Source: Macrostomum hystrix
Taxonomy: Eukaryota; Animalia; Platyhelminthes
Reading direction: 5' to 3'
Assembly (NCBI GenBank): GCA_950097015.1
Contig: CATNEN010000039.1
Coordinates: forward strand, 8,928,001-8,992,000
Length of the DNA stretch: 64,000 nucleotides
Part shown: positions 23,601 through 36,200 of the stretch, one piece after another
How the letters are laid out: each line of letters starts with the position of its first letter
How positions within the stretch are numbered: position 1 is the first letter of the stretch
Made by a program: the position numbers and the translations under genes
The notes under the pieces: generated by a model
What the model saw: only the letters and a program-made list of their open reading frames with translations
The model's database searches: none
What the model was told of the DNA's origin: nothing

Positions 23601-26262
23601 TTTCGCCACTGAAGAGTAAAAAGACCACACTATTTTCCACTGGGGAAAGATCACGTGGGTATTTAAAATACCCACTGTCTACATAGCGATAGCTCCCAAA
23701 ACCAAAAGAAAAATTTTGGGGGAGGTCCACTATCTGAATCCAAATTTTCCGCCCTTTACAATGAACCAACTTTCAAAGCCGTCTGACGTCAGCATCGTCG
23801 AGATGGGCAATTCTTGTCAAAGACGCAAATGACAAAAACAACTAACATTGCTCTGTGGCGAATCCATATTAGTTCAATAATGTACAAATGGACTATTTAA
23901 TCACTACAATTATAATCACGAATAATAGCCGACGTGGTTGCATAACAAAATTTTGTGAGGAGAAAAGTTATGCTTATATGAGTGGTTTTTGGCACCATGC
24001 ACCCCGACGAAAATCGGGGTGCATTATATCAACAAAGACTATGTTGTGTTATTCTCGAAGTTGTCGAAAGCGGATAGTGTGGAATTTTAGGCCGTTTTGC
24101 TTTTTGCGATCGGTAAAATATTTTGGGAGATACAGAAATGTGGATATTTGAAATCCTCCCGTGGTCTCTCAATTGTTAAAGCACCATTGTACTTAAAAAA
24201 CAGAAATTTATAAAAACGGACAAAAGTATTTAGTTTTATGTGAGGATAACTTACTCAAGCATATTATCGTATGCGTAGAACCTATCCTTCGGCTCGCATC
24301 TTTTAGTCGGCGTATTGGCTAGACTAGTTTGCACTTGATTTAGTGCTAGTACAGTTTGCATTCCGCTTGGCGAATTGATGCCATACTCGCTCGGATACGG
24401 AATTGTGTCCTGCAGAAACGGATTAGATATTCAAAGCAGGTTTTCTATTTAACTTGCTCATTTTACACAAGGAACTAATTTTTTAGCGCAAATTTGTTGA
24501 TTACCTTTTGGTGGACAACAACCCTCAGTCCACCGGTCTCCAGCCCAGTTGTCACGATATTGCCGTAGAAGTCGTTATTCTGTATATGATCCACGCTTGG
24601 ACTGTACAGAACCAGCACTAGGCCTTTCTCAACGCCGCTAGACTTCATCAGCCGATTCCAGGCCTTGAATGAGAAGCAATTACCATAATCGCGATGATAA
24701 AATACAGTAAAATTATCTTCACTGCATGGTTCCTGGTTGTACTGGCAGTACACTAGCATGTCAAGCATTCTGGCACTGACGTGAGTCATATTAAACAATG
24801 GCCAAGTGTGCACCGCGTGTTCAAAGCTAGCGTAGGCCATCTTTATTGCCTGCACTGAGATCTGCTCCTCGGATCGAGTTTTAGTATCAGCGAATCGCAT
24901 AGCCATCATGTAGCTGAGCAAGAAATAATTGTTTATTGACACATTCGATCGGCGCACTTCCGCAGATTGTGTTCTTAGAAACTTCTTCATTAGCGGATCG
25001 CATATAGTGACGTCCGGAAAGGTGAACTTGTTAGTTAGAAGTCGTGTAGTACTGGACACTGGATAGTCTCGGAATAGACTAATCTGCTTGTACGTATGCA
25101 TAGTCAGGCCAGTGAGAGCGCCCATCACGACGATTATCCAGAGTAGTCGCAGCCATGGCATTTGCTCTGAGAAGAAGCGACCCAACCCGTGCGCCGAGGT
25201 TCTGCTCGCAAAGCTGTGAATGTTGGCGTACAATAGACGACGCCTGAAGCGGTTGTTGCCACTGCTAATTTGCATAACAATTTTCTTTATAAGTTTGTAT
25301 TCCTTTAGAATCAAATAGTTATTTTACGATATCAGCTTTCTAGACAGAAAACTTTAATCTAAGGTTCTAAAATGAAACGAGTTTACGCGAAAGTATACCG
25401 TTTTTCACTGGGTATCGGTCCGAAGCCGCTGTAAGCGAACTTCTATTGGCTGGCGTGGTGCCACGCCTAGAGGATAAACTGTTAGAGTTTCGTCTAGAAC
25501 CAATAGCATCCGAAGTTGCTGTGTGTGTGATTCGTACATTAAGTTGGGCGCACACACTGCTAAGCTGCAACTACGAATGTTCAATATAGAAAATCAATAT
25601 ATCTTTTTCTTTAAATTATTTCCTGTCTAACCGAATTTGTTTCCTTAATTTTGCATTGCTTCAAAGCTTGGTGAGAAAGTAATTTAGAAGGTTTGAATTA
25701 GGACTCTATATTATTGCTTTTGATGTTCAGATAGAACAGACAGTTATCAGCTTTTATCTCAAAGGAAACCTCCTTTTGTATCTTCCGGTTATTTAACTGA
25801 GTTGGCAACACTTTATCGATTACGCAGATGGGCAATTAAAACGGACCTTTGATAGTTCATTAAATCCTTTCAGTAGGCAGTCTAAGAATTTTATTATCCC
25901 TTTTATCATCCAGCTGGTTTCGTCACCCTTATATCTACAACTAAATTTAGGAATCTCGCTTATGCTCGATCTCTGTAGAGCTTCAATACGACCTTTGGTT
26001 TCATGGCGTCTTATAATGAATGCAGTGGTTAAACGTAACATAAAAATGCTCTTGAAACATACTACTTAATTTCTCAACTGCACAGTAACGTTCTCGTCAA
26101 CTTACTAAGTATTCTGATCCCCACCAACTCCAAATTCGCAGGAGTTCGATTCGCGATTCTTGCGTAACAGACTTTGACGTTTCCGATCGGAAAGCCTTTC
26201 CAACGCTGCAGTTTGCCAGAGTTCGAAGCTTCACTCGTGATTGCGACGACTGTCACCTGTAA
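17695..26262 (+). CDS. FBXO9: F-box only protein 9 ortholog; start exon not identified
   Basis: Exon 17695-18980 encodes LEHFRRDWRQEL, the F-box LASLPSECLLRIARWIV...LDYRSLCRLAGVSRLF, and FDGVYIGKCSYVRIGE...VEYYRYLRFYP. A phase-2 intron (18981-26141) joins terminal exon 26142-26262, RSSIRDSCVTDFDVSDRKAFPTLQFARVRSFTRDCDDCHL*, which matches the FBXO9 C-terminal FARVRSY motif. Confidence 0.9.
19004..19572. repeat. 33-bp minisatellite (~17 copies) just after the FBXO9 donor
   Basis: Unit GTGACCTGCTCCACCTGAAACCTGTCCTTCAGT. Confidence 0.97.
19584..20007. mobile_element. Non-autonomous hAT (Charlie-type) DNA transposon / MITE, 424 bp
   Basis: TIRs CAGGGGTCGGCAAAC ... GTTTGCCGACCCCTG. Perfect 8-bp TSD CCTTAGTC at 19576-19583 and 20008-20015. 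Subterminal GGCCC motifs and a CT-rich low-complexity interior. Confidence 0.95.
22152..25275 (-). CDS. DEG/ENaC family sodium channel subunit (FaNaC/ASIC-like), nested antisense in the FBXO9 intron
   Basis: Exons (minus strand) 25275-24505, 24409-24255, 23493-22670, 22561-22152 with matching phases. Motifs: pre-TM1 TSAHG, TM1 LLWIIVVMGAL, FPDVTIC, YGNCFSF, GLVLVL, GGLRVVVH..DTIPYPSEYGI, C..C..TTY...QSRWP, and TM2 LFSDLGGIMGLWIGVSMVTLCE (GxS filter). The 5' end is uncertain, with a possible extra exon at ~25387-25570. Confidence 0.92.
23545..23830 (-). mobile_element. Dispersed repeat, family D (probable DNA-transposon remnant)
   Basis: Reverse complement GTCTTTGACAAGAAT..GACGATGCTGACGTCAGACGGCTTTGAAAGTTGGTTCATTGTAAAGGGCGGAAAAT matches 57228-57310 and 40875-40925. 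Confidence 0.65.
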
Positions 26263-27077
26263 AACCTTGATTCCGAATGTTATCCCAGGAATAAATTCGC
26301 GCCAGTTTTGTTTTAAAAATCATCTTTGTGTGAGGGCCCACAGAGCTTCGGCCTTTGCACCGAAAAAATGAAGAATTACAAACCTAACTAAACAAAATTA
26401 GTTCTATTTTCTGTCGTATTTTTAGTTCCCATTTACGTATTGCTCCACTGAGGTTGTCATACAAATTTCCCTTCACAATCGCAGTGCTGATTTATTTTTG
26501 ACTAAACTAATCTTGCTCACCAGTTTCCATGTGTAATCACAGCATTGGCAATTTACATAGCTGTATGTCGATGGTATATAATTGTTAGCTGGTTGAGGTT
26601 AGAGAATGTACAAAATAAAACTAAACTGATTAAAAAAACACGTAATTTCCCTTGCGTATTTTCACGGATCAACTTCTAGAAGCCAATATGATTTGTTCGG
26701 ACATCTTCATATTATTAGTTTATCGACTAAATAACCAGGGTCAATTTATTCGCTCTATGGCCTAGAACTTAACTATCCTGTGAAATATATTCTTCATAAT
26801 GTTTTAAACTAGCCGCATAAATAAATCAGTGCCATTTTAAGTGCCTTTTCTCGTTAGTGTGTACGTGTTTGTAAATGCTTCAGTTTGAGTAAAATATATA
26901 GACCTATTTTTGTCTTCTTGGTTTCTCGTCGCCGAAATCAAGTCAGATTTTAAAGAACATGCACTTTTGGTTTAGATTATTGTCATTTTTTCATTTGTCA
27001 TTGTCAGCTATTCCTGATTATTTCACCTGAATTTTCATTACACCTTAACCTCAAATCCCACTTCACAACGAACGCAC

Positions 27078-27325
27078 TGCCTTGACCACCTTAATAGCCA
27101 CCTCACTCCGCAACGGACCACCTTAATAGCCACCTCACTCCGCAACGTACGCACTTCCTTGACCACCTCAATAGCCACCTCACTCCGCAATGTACACACT
27201 TCCTTGACCACCTCAATAGCCACCTCACTCCGCAGCGTACGCACTTCCTTGACCACCTCAATAGCCACCTCACTCCGCAATGTACACACTTCTTTGACCG
27301 CCTTAATAGCCACCTCACTCCACAA
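27078..27325. repeat. 45-bp minisatellite (~5 copies) upstream of PYM1
   Basis: Unit CCTTGACCACCTCAATAGCCACCTCACTCCGCAACGTACGCACTT. Confidence 0.9.
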
Positions 27326-27431
27326 CTTTCTGAAAAAAAACACATTTTTCAGCACAATAGTTAGAAAGCAGCGGCAGCGGCAATAGTAGCACATACTTCT
27401 AAATTCGCTAGTCTTGGCCGATATCCGTGAC

Positions 27432-29484
27432 ATGAGCGGCGACAACAGCAACGGTATTCAGCGCGAGGGCGTTGTCCGCGCGGCCGACGGCTCGCTAATG
27501 ATACCCGCCAGCCAGCGTCCTGACGGCTCCTGGCGCAAGCCGGTGCGAGTGCGCGAGGGCTACATTCCGCAGGAGGAGGTGCCACTCTACAAAACTCGGG
27601 CGGCGCAGCTTCGCGACGCCGAGGCGGCCGCTGCTGCCGCTGTACCGCCGCCCCTAGTCATCATCCCCAAAGAGGCAGCTGCGGCAGCTTCGTCCGCTTC
27701 CACTGCGGCTGATCATTCTAGTTCTTCTTCGTCCGCAAAGGCGGCTCGCAGAAAACGGCAAAAGCAGCAGCAGCAGCAGCATGTTTTGTCGCCAACTGCG
27801 AGTTCCGGAGATGGCGGTGGTTCGAATCCTTCACAGGCAGCCAAGGCTGCTGAGCAAGCCAACAAGAGCAAGGCCTCATCGGAGCCTAAGCAGGATGTTC
27901 AGTCGGCTGGGAAGCAAAGTCAGAAGCAAAAGCAGCAGCAGGAAAAGAAACAGGTGGGTTATGCATTTTTTGTTTTACTTTGCTTACATTTAAGATTATT
28001 TGATCTACCTGATCCATGAGAAGACTGTATCCCTTCACACCGGGGCTGGTGAGTGGCAGCGTGATCTAACGCGTTTGCCCATCGCACCAAGGTCCCTGAG
28101 CTCGATTCCGCTGCGAGACCATGTTTATTTTAGGCGCAGCTGCTAAGAGAAGTCTTTGGGCTTGAACTGCAATTTACGCCCTTAAGGGCCAACAGGCACA
28201 GCGAGAGTGTACTCTACCTGACGATAATCAAGTCAGGGCAGATGTACACACCTGTGTGTGTGTGCTCAAGAGTCAGCGGAATGGGCAAAGTTGCCTTTTC
28301 GCTGGCTGCGGGTCTAGTGTCATTAGATTATTAGCCATTGCCGCAAGCCCTCCTGCAGTTATTATTTTATATTTAATATCACCCAGACCACCTTTTCTCT
28401 GGCTTACACCCTAATCCAACGCGTATCACGACTACCCACTGCCGCATTTGTTGCGTAAATCTCTTATCTGAAACTCAGTTCTCTTATCTGAAACTCAGTT
28501 CTCTTATCTGAAACTCAGTTCTCTTATTTGAAACTCAGTTCTCTTATCTGAAACTCAGTTCTCTTATCTGAAACTCAGTTCTCTTATCTGAAACTCAGTT
28601 CTCTTATCTGAAACTCAGTTCTCTTACCTGAAACTCAGTTCTCTTATCTGAAACTCAGTTCTCTTATCTGAAACTCAGTTCTCTTATCTGAAACTCAGTT
28701 CTCTTATCTGAAACTCAGTTCTCTTATCTGAAACTCAGTTCTCTTATCTGAAACTCAGTTCTCTTATCTGAAACTCAGTTCTCTTATCTGAAACTCAGTT
28801 CTCTTATCTGAAACTCAGTTCTCTTATCTGAAACTCAGTTCTGACACCCCACTGTCTCATCTGACACCCCGCTGTCTCATCTGACACCCCACTGTCTCAT
28901 CTGACACCCCACTGTCTCATCTGACACCCCACTGTCTCATCTGACACCCCGCTGTCTCATCTGACACCCCACTGTCTCATCTGACACCCCACTGTCTCAT
29001 CTGACCCACCACTTTCTCATCTGACACCCACTGTCTCATCTGACAACCCACTGTCTCATCTGACACCCCACTGTCTCATCTGTCACCCCACTGTCTCATC
29101 TGACACACTACTTTGTCATCTGACACGCCACTGATCTGACACCCCACTGTCTCAACTGACACCCCACTGTCTCATCTGACACCCAAATTTTTAATCTAGT
29201 AAGTTATTACTGTTTTCAAAATTAGCAAATAATTAAAATCGCTTTACTAAACCATTGCTCAGCCTAACCAACAACAGCCGCAGCAGAAGCAGCAGCAGAC
29301 AAGCCAGGAGGACCAGGAGAAGCAGCAGCTGCGCAAGCTGCAGAAAAAGCTGCGCCAGATTGAAGCGCTGGAGGCTCGCCTAGCCGATGGCAGCCTAGCG
29401 AAGGCGGACGCCGACCAGGAGAAAAAGTTGGCCAGCAAGTCGGACCTGCTGAGACTGCTAGACAAATTGAAATTGACCGATTAA
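27432..29484 (+). CDS. PYM1: Partner of Y14 and Mago (PYM/wibg), exon-junction-complex disassembly factor
   Basis: Exons 27432-27953 and 29263-29484 (phase 0). N-terminal [30 protein letters not shown] (Mago-binding) and C-terminal [15 protein letters not shown]...QEKKLASK. Confidence 0.95.
28042..28372 (+). mobile_element. tRNA-derived SINE, family A (copy 2)
   Basis: GGGGCTGGTGAGTGGCAG..TCTAACGCG..GAGCTCGATTCC head, shared body and TTA-rich tail. Confidence 0.88.
28460..29185. repeat. Two abutting 20-bp minisatellites in the PYM1 intron
   Basis: CTCTTATCTGAAACTCAGTT x19 (28461-28840), then CTGACACCCCACTGTCTCAT x~17 (28841-29185). Confidence 0.97.
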
Positions 29485-29961
29485 ACTTGGCCGCTTTTCT
29501 GTTCCTACTTACCATCAGTAGTGTATAAGTTCAGAAGTTGCTATATTTCGACAGTTTTGTATCGCCCTTCGCCCTCACGCTCTCGACATTGTGCTTGCTT
29601 TGATTCATTTAAAAAAACACCAGTCCTTTCCCTGGCTTCTTAGTGTTTGTCCTGTGCGTGTACATGCTTTTGATTATATTTAAATTGTTGCAACTTTTTG
29701 TCCAGAAACTGCAGTGCTTTGTTAATTGCTTTGAATTGATTTGTTCGCGGATTTTTTTAAAGGTGAGTGATTGTGCATGTCTTCTCTTCTTGTTATTTTG
29801 AATGAATTTCGGAAATTTTTACCTTTTATAAATAAACAGTCAGTTAATAATGTTAGGCTGTTCACGGTTAGTTTGTCGACGAATTCCACTTGCACAAGTG
29901 TTAATGGTCTAGTCGCGATACGAAGATATTTGATTCGCTTTTGCTTCCATGCTTGGTTCCT

Positions 29962-30142
29962 GAGGTCGTAGCCTAGTGGTTAGGGCGTCGGACTCACGAC
30001 TTTAAGGTTGGGGGTTCGATTCCCGACTCCACTGGAACAATTTGTGTCCTTTAGCAAGACACTTAACTCTGCATTGCTTCAGTTCACCCAGCTGTTAAAT
30101 GGGTTCCAGCATCAGCTGGGATAATTGAAGGTGGGTGTGGCT
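29962..30142 (+). mobile_element. CORE-SINE, family B (copy 1, 3' truncated)
   Basis: tRNA-like head TAGCCTAGTGGTTAGGGCG..GGTTCGATTCCC, followed by TGTGTCCTTTAGCAAGACACTTAAC..TCAGTTCACCCAGCTGTTAAATGGG, which resembles the MIR/CORE domain. Confidence 0.88.
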
Positions 30143-32521
30143 GCTGGAATCGTCACAGCTGGAATCGTATCAAGAGTCACAGCTGGAATCGTATCAACAG
30201 TCACAACTGGAATCGTATCAAGAGTCACAACTGGAATCGTATCAAGAGGCACAGCTGGAATCGTATTAAGAGTCACAGCTGGAATCTTATCAAGAGGCAC
30301 AGCTGGAATCGTATCAAGAGGCACAGCTGGAATCGTATTAAGAGTCACAACTGGAATCGTATCAACAGTCACAACTGGAATCGTATCAAGAGGCACAGCT
30401 GGAATCGTATCAAGAGTCACAGCTGAAATCGTATCAAGAGGCACAGCTGGAATCGTATCAAGAGTCACAGCTAGAATCGAATCAAGAGTCACAGCTAGAA
30501 TCGTATCAAGAGTCACAACTGGAATCGTATCAAGAGGCACAGCTGGAATCGTATTAAGAGTCACAGCTGGAATCTTATCAAGAGGCACAGCTGGAATCGT
30601 ATTAAGAGTCACAACTGGAATCGTATCAAGAGGCACAGCTGGAATCGTATTAAGAGTCACAGCTGGAATCGTATCAAGAGTCACAACTGGAATCGTATCA
30701 AGAGGCACAGCTGGAATCGTATTAAGAGTCACAGCTGGAATCTTATCAAGAGGCACAGCTGGAATCGTATTAAGAGTCACAACTGGAATCGTATCAACAG
30801 TCACAGCTGGAATCGTATCAAGAGGCACAGCTGGAATCGTATTAAGAGTCACAACTGGAATCGTATCAAGAGGCACAGCTGGAATCGTATTAAGAGTCAC
30901 AACTGGAATCGTATCAACAGTCACAGCTGGAATCGTATCAAGAGGCACAGCTGGAATCGTATTAAGAGTCACAGCTTGAATCGTATCAAGAGGCACAGCT
31001 GGAATCGTATCAAGAGTCACAGCTGGAATCTTATCAAGAGTCACAGCTGGAATCTTATCAAGAGTCACAGCTAGAATCGTATCAAGAGGCACAGCTGGAA
31101 TCGTAATAAGAGTCACAGCTAGAATCGTATCAAGAGGCACAGCTGGAATCGTATCAAGAGGCACAGCTGGAATCGTATCAAGAGTCACAGCTGGAATCTT
31201 ATCAAGAGTCACAGCTGGAATCGTATCAAGAGTCACAGCTAGAATCGTATCAAGAGGCACAGCTGGAATCGTATTAAGAGTCACTGCTAGAATCGTATCA
31301 AGAGTCACAGCTAGAATCGTATCAAGAGTCACAGCTGGAATCGTAACAAGAGTCACAGCTGGAATCTTATCAAGAGTCACAGCTGGAATCGTATCAAGAG
31401 TCACAGCTGGAATCTTATCAAGAGTCACAGCTGGAATCGTAACAAGAGTCACAGCTAGAATCGTATCAAGAGGCGCAGCTGGAATCGTATCAAGAGTCAC
31501 AGCTGGAATCTTATCAAGAGTCACAGCTGGAATCGTATCAAGAGTCACAGCTGGAATCGTAACAAGAGTCACAGCTAGAATCGTATCAAGAGGCGCAGCT
31601 GGAATCTTATCAAGAGTCACAGCTGAAATCGTATCAAGAGGCACAGCTGGAATCGTATCAAGAGTCACAGCTGAAATCGTATCAAGAGGCACAGCTGGAA
31701 TCGTATCAAGAGTCACAGCTAGAATCGAATCAAGAGTCACAGCTAGAATCGTATCAAGAGTCACAACTGGAATCGTATCAAGAGGCACAGCTGGAATCGT
31801 ATTAAGAGTCACAGCTGGAATCTTATCAAGAGTCACAGCTGGAATCGTATCAACAGTCACAGCTGGAATCGTATCAAGAGTCACAGCTAGAATCGTATCA
31901 AGAGGCACAGCTGGAATCGTATTAAGAGTCACAACTGGAATCTTATCAAGAGTCACAGCTGGAATCGTATCAAGAGTCACAGCTGGAATCGTATCAAGAG
32001 TCACAACTGGAATCGTATCAAGAGTCACAGCTGGAATCGTAATAAGAGTCACAGCTAGAATCGTATCAAGAGTCACAACTGGAATCGTATCAACAGTCAC
32101 AACTGGAATCTTATCAAGAGTCACAGCTGGAATCGTATCAACAGTCACAACTGGAATCTTATCAAGAGTCACAGCTGGAATCGTATCAAGAGTCACAGCT
32201 GGAATCGTATCAAGAGTCACAACTGGAATCGTATCAACAGTCACAACTGGAATCTTATCAAGAGTCACAGCTGGAATCGTATCAAGAGTCACAGCTAGAA
32301 TCGTATCAAGAGTCACAACTGGAATCGTATCAAGAGGCACAGCTGGAATCGTATTAAGAGTCACAGCTGGAATCTTATCAAGAGGCACAGCTGGAATCGT
32401 ATTAAGAGTCACAGCTGGAATCGTATCAAGAGGCACAGCTGGAATCTTATCAAGAGTCATAGCTGGAATCTTATCAAGAGTCACAGCCGGAATCGTATCA
32501 AGAGGCACAGCTGGAATCGTA
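30143..32521. repeat. 24-bp GGAATCG-family minisatellite (~99 copies)
   Basis: Unit GCTGGAATCGTATCAAGAGTCACA and variants. Confidence 0.98.
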
Positions 32522-33220
32522 CCTAGTAAGTAGATTCTAGACTCGAAGAAGGCACAACATGAATCGTAGAAAAGTTGTGACGGAATAGGAACATCCGTAA
32601 GTGTTCTGACAGCAGACTGATTAGAATCACGCCATTGCTACTCCTGAATCGTAGGAAGTCGAAGTTGGTTCAAATTCGACCTGCGTTGTGAATTAGTTAC
32701 CTACAATTGTTGTGCCTAGCCGCTAATGAGGCTTCTCTAATGATTGAGCACAGTGAGAGCGCCCGGCCGCAGATGGTCATCGGAACAGATCGAAGCCAGC
32801 CATACTGAGCACTGCTCAAGACACTGCCTCACGCTAGGAGCAGGGAGCTTGGATTGGCAACAGAGGAGAGTACAATGAGAATTATTTCGCGGGGTTAGAA
32901 GAGGACAGGCGAGGGGTAGAGAGGGGGTAGGCCTGTGGGGGGATGCCACAGAGCGCACTGAACGGGGAGCATGCTTGAGGAGAGGAGAGAAATGAGTAGG
33001 GGAGAACAGACAGACTGAGCTCAAACTCTTCCCAAGCTGGCCTAGGACTCGGGGTGAGGAATTTGAGCTGAGGTGAAGGCTTGAGATGTGAGACACAAGA
33101 AGGAGGGAATCGATGAGGACTTACAGTTTGGGATTTCAGTCTGAACTGTCCGGTCGCAACTCCTCGGACAGAGAGTTTCTCTACTAACTGAGCCGTGTGT
33201 GTGTGCTGAGTCGGCCTGTC

Positions 33221-36200
33221 ATGAAGCGACCTTCTGACACCAGAGTTTGTGTCGCGGCGGTTCTGTTATGCCTCGCCTGCTGCGCCGGTGCGCTGGAGTT
33301 CGAATCGGTTGTCAGCGACGCCCTGAGTGAGTAAATCGATAAGGGTGTCAGATACCACACTCATAGGGTGTCAGATACCACACTCATGCGGTGTCAGATA
33401 CCACAATCATAGGGTGTCTGATACCACACTGGGGTGTGAGATATCACACTGTTCCGAAACCGAAACTGGCACCTGAAATTTCCGCTGTCCCCCACCGCGA
33501 GCAGAGACCGAGTGCCACGCTGATTTTTACTGCCGACCCGAGTGCCTCGACAGGCCGGACGGCTACTACTGCGAGTGCGGCCCCGGATTCATGTGGAACT
33601 CTCACACCTGCGTCTGTGAGGGCCTGCTGCGCTTCACTCTACCCACATCCTTAATCCCACATCCTCAATCCCACATCCCCAATCCCGCATCTCCAATCCC
33701 ACATCCTCAATCCGACATCCGTAATCCCACATCCTCAATCCCACATCCCCAATCCCACATCCTCATTGTTACATGCCTAACCCCACATCCCCAATCCCAC
33801 ATACTCAATCCCATATCCCCAATCCAACACCTCCAATGCCACATCCCCAATGCCACATCCCTAAACCCACACCCCTAATCCCACATCCCCAATCCCACAC
33901 CCCCAATGCCACGACCCCAATCCCACATGCCTAATCCCACATCCCCAATCCCACATGCCTAATCCCAAATCCCCAATCCCACATCCTCAATCCCATATAC
34001 CCAATCCAACATCCTCAATGCCACATCCCCAATGCCACATCCCTAATCCCACATCCCGAATCCCACATCACCAATCCCACATCCCACATCCTCAATCCCG
34101 AATACTCAATCCCAAATCCTCAATCCAAAATCCTCAATCCCAAATCCTCAATCCAAAATCCTCAATCCCACATCCTCAATCCCGCATCCTCAATCCCGCA
34201 TCCTCAATCCCACATCTCTATCCCACATCAACAATCCCACACCCACAATGCCAACTCCCAAACCTCCATTCTTACATCCTAAACCTAATCTAACTACCGA
34301 AGTAAAAATCCCATTTAAAACCCAAATCCTGTTTCCTAGCTCTGGCCGTGGACTCGAGCATGGTGTTCTCAAATCGTGCTAACGCCTCCTACGCGGTGAT
34401 CAACAATCGCACAAAAATCCTGCCCAAGCAGTACAACTTCACCATCGCGCTGTTCGTGAAGCTCTACTACCTGAACGAGACCGGTACTCTGTTCTCGTTT
34501 CGCAAGGACAGCCACGGGAATTACGTGCGCCTCTGGTACAGCGGCCCGGAGAGATTGTTCCGAATTGAGGCCTTCTCTGAGCAGCAGATCGGCCGACTGA
34601 AGGAGCCGCCTCAGTTCAGCTTCGAATTCGAGGTGAGACGGAAACGATTGTGAAGGCCTACTCAAACTGATGTGTTATGGAAAATTCACTCTGGTTGATG
34701 GGGTATGGGAGTTTACAACCTGAGCTAAAGACCGTCGGAGAGTCGCATGGGATCATACTGGGTCACTCTAAATCACTCCGGGTCACTTTGGTCCTCTCCA
34801 GGTTCCTCCGAGTCACTTTGGGTCACTCCGAATCACTCCGGGTCACTCTGTATCACCCCGGGTTACTTTGGTCCTCTCCGGGTCACTCTGGGTCACTCCG
34901 GATCACTCCGGGTCACTCTGGGTCATTCAGAATCACTCCGGGTCACTCTGATATTTCCGGGTTACTCCGAGTCACTCTGGGTCACTCTGAATCACTCCGG
35001 GTTACTTTGGTCCTCTCCGGGTCACTCTGGGTCACTCCGGATCACTCCGGGTCACTCTGGGTCATTCAGAATCACTCCGGGTCACTCTGATATTTCCGGG
35101 TTACTCCGAGTCACTCTGGGTCACTCTGGGTCTCTCTATGTAACTCCTGGTCACTTCGAGTCACTCGAGGTCACTCCGAGTCACTCTGGGTCACCCCGGG
35201 TCACTCCGAATCACTCCGGGTTACTCTGTATCACTCCGGGTTACTTTGGGTCACTCCGAGTCACTCTGGGTCACTCCGGATCACTCCGGGTCACTCTGGG
35301 TCATTCAGAATCACTCCGGGTCACTCTGATATTTCCGGGTTACTCCGAGTCACTCTGGGTCTCTCTATGTAACTCCTGGTCACTTCGAGTCACTCGAGGT
35401 CACTCCGAGTCACTCCGGGTCACTCTCGGTCACTGTGCGGATTTCGCCACAACAACAATCGACTTAGCTTATTACGTGGATTAAGTGAATACTTAATCTA
35501 TCATATATCTATACACATATATATAAATAAATATATTATAGATGGCATTTTACGTCTTTAAAACCTTGCGCCTCTCAGATCGCCAAGTTGCGCGCGCACC
35601 AGTGGTACCACCTGGTCTGGACCAACCTGATGCACCCTGGAAACCGCAGTACAGACTGGAGTGTGTACATCACGCCGCCACAGGGTGGCACTCAGCCGCC
35701 CAAGGTGAAGCTGAGTGTCGGCGGCCGCGGCCTCCCGGAAGGCGCCACTCTGCCGAACCGCACCGAGCTCTACCTCGGCCAGAATTCACCGAACGCGTCG
35801 AATCATTTCGACATGAAATTCGCCTTCCTGGGTGAGATCGGCCACTTCAACATGTGGAACGAGACCCTGACAAGGACCGATGTTGAAGCCCTGGCCACTG
35901 ACGACAAGCACAGGTTCTGCGGCAACCAGGTGGAGTGGTCTGACCTGCGGTACGGCACTCGGGGCAATGTCACGTTGAAGTGGCCGTCAGATATTCAATT
36001 CGGAACCAGCGGCGTGTACAGTAAGTGTCCATCTAGCTCGGACTTCAGGTGTCTCAGTTCCTAGACTTCAGGGTGTCTCAGTTCCTAGACTTCAGGGTGT
36101 CTCAGTTCCTAGACTTCAGGGTGTCTCAGTTCCTAGACTTCAGGGTGTCTCAGTTCCTAGACTTCAGGGTGTCTCAGTTCCTAGACTTCAGGTGTTTCAG

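Noticed and set aside
29962-30035. tRNA genes (also at 28042, 37467, 44002, 50170 and 51043)
   Set aside because: The A/B-box heads continue into shared SINE bodies and tails, and I found no convincing acceptor stem or cloverleaf.
30112-32508. 798-aa VTLDTIPA mucin/antifreeze-like ORF
   Set aside because: 24-bp minisatellite fused to a SINE, with no ATG start, signal peptide or unique domain.
33640-34290. Telomere-like C-rich repeat
   Set aside because: The unit is AATCCCACATCC(T/C)C, not (CCCTAA)n, so it is an ordinary intronic minisatellite.
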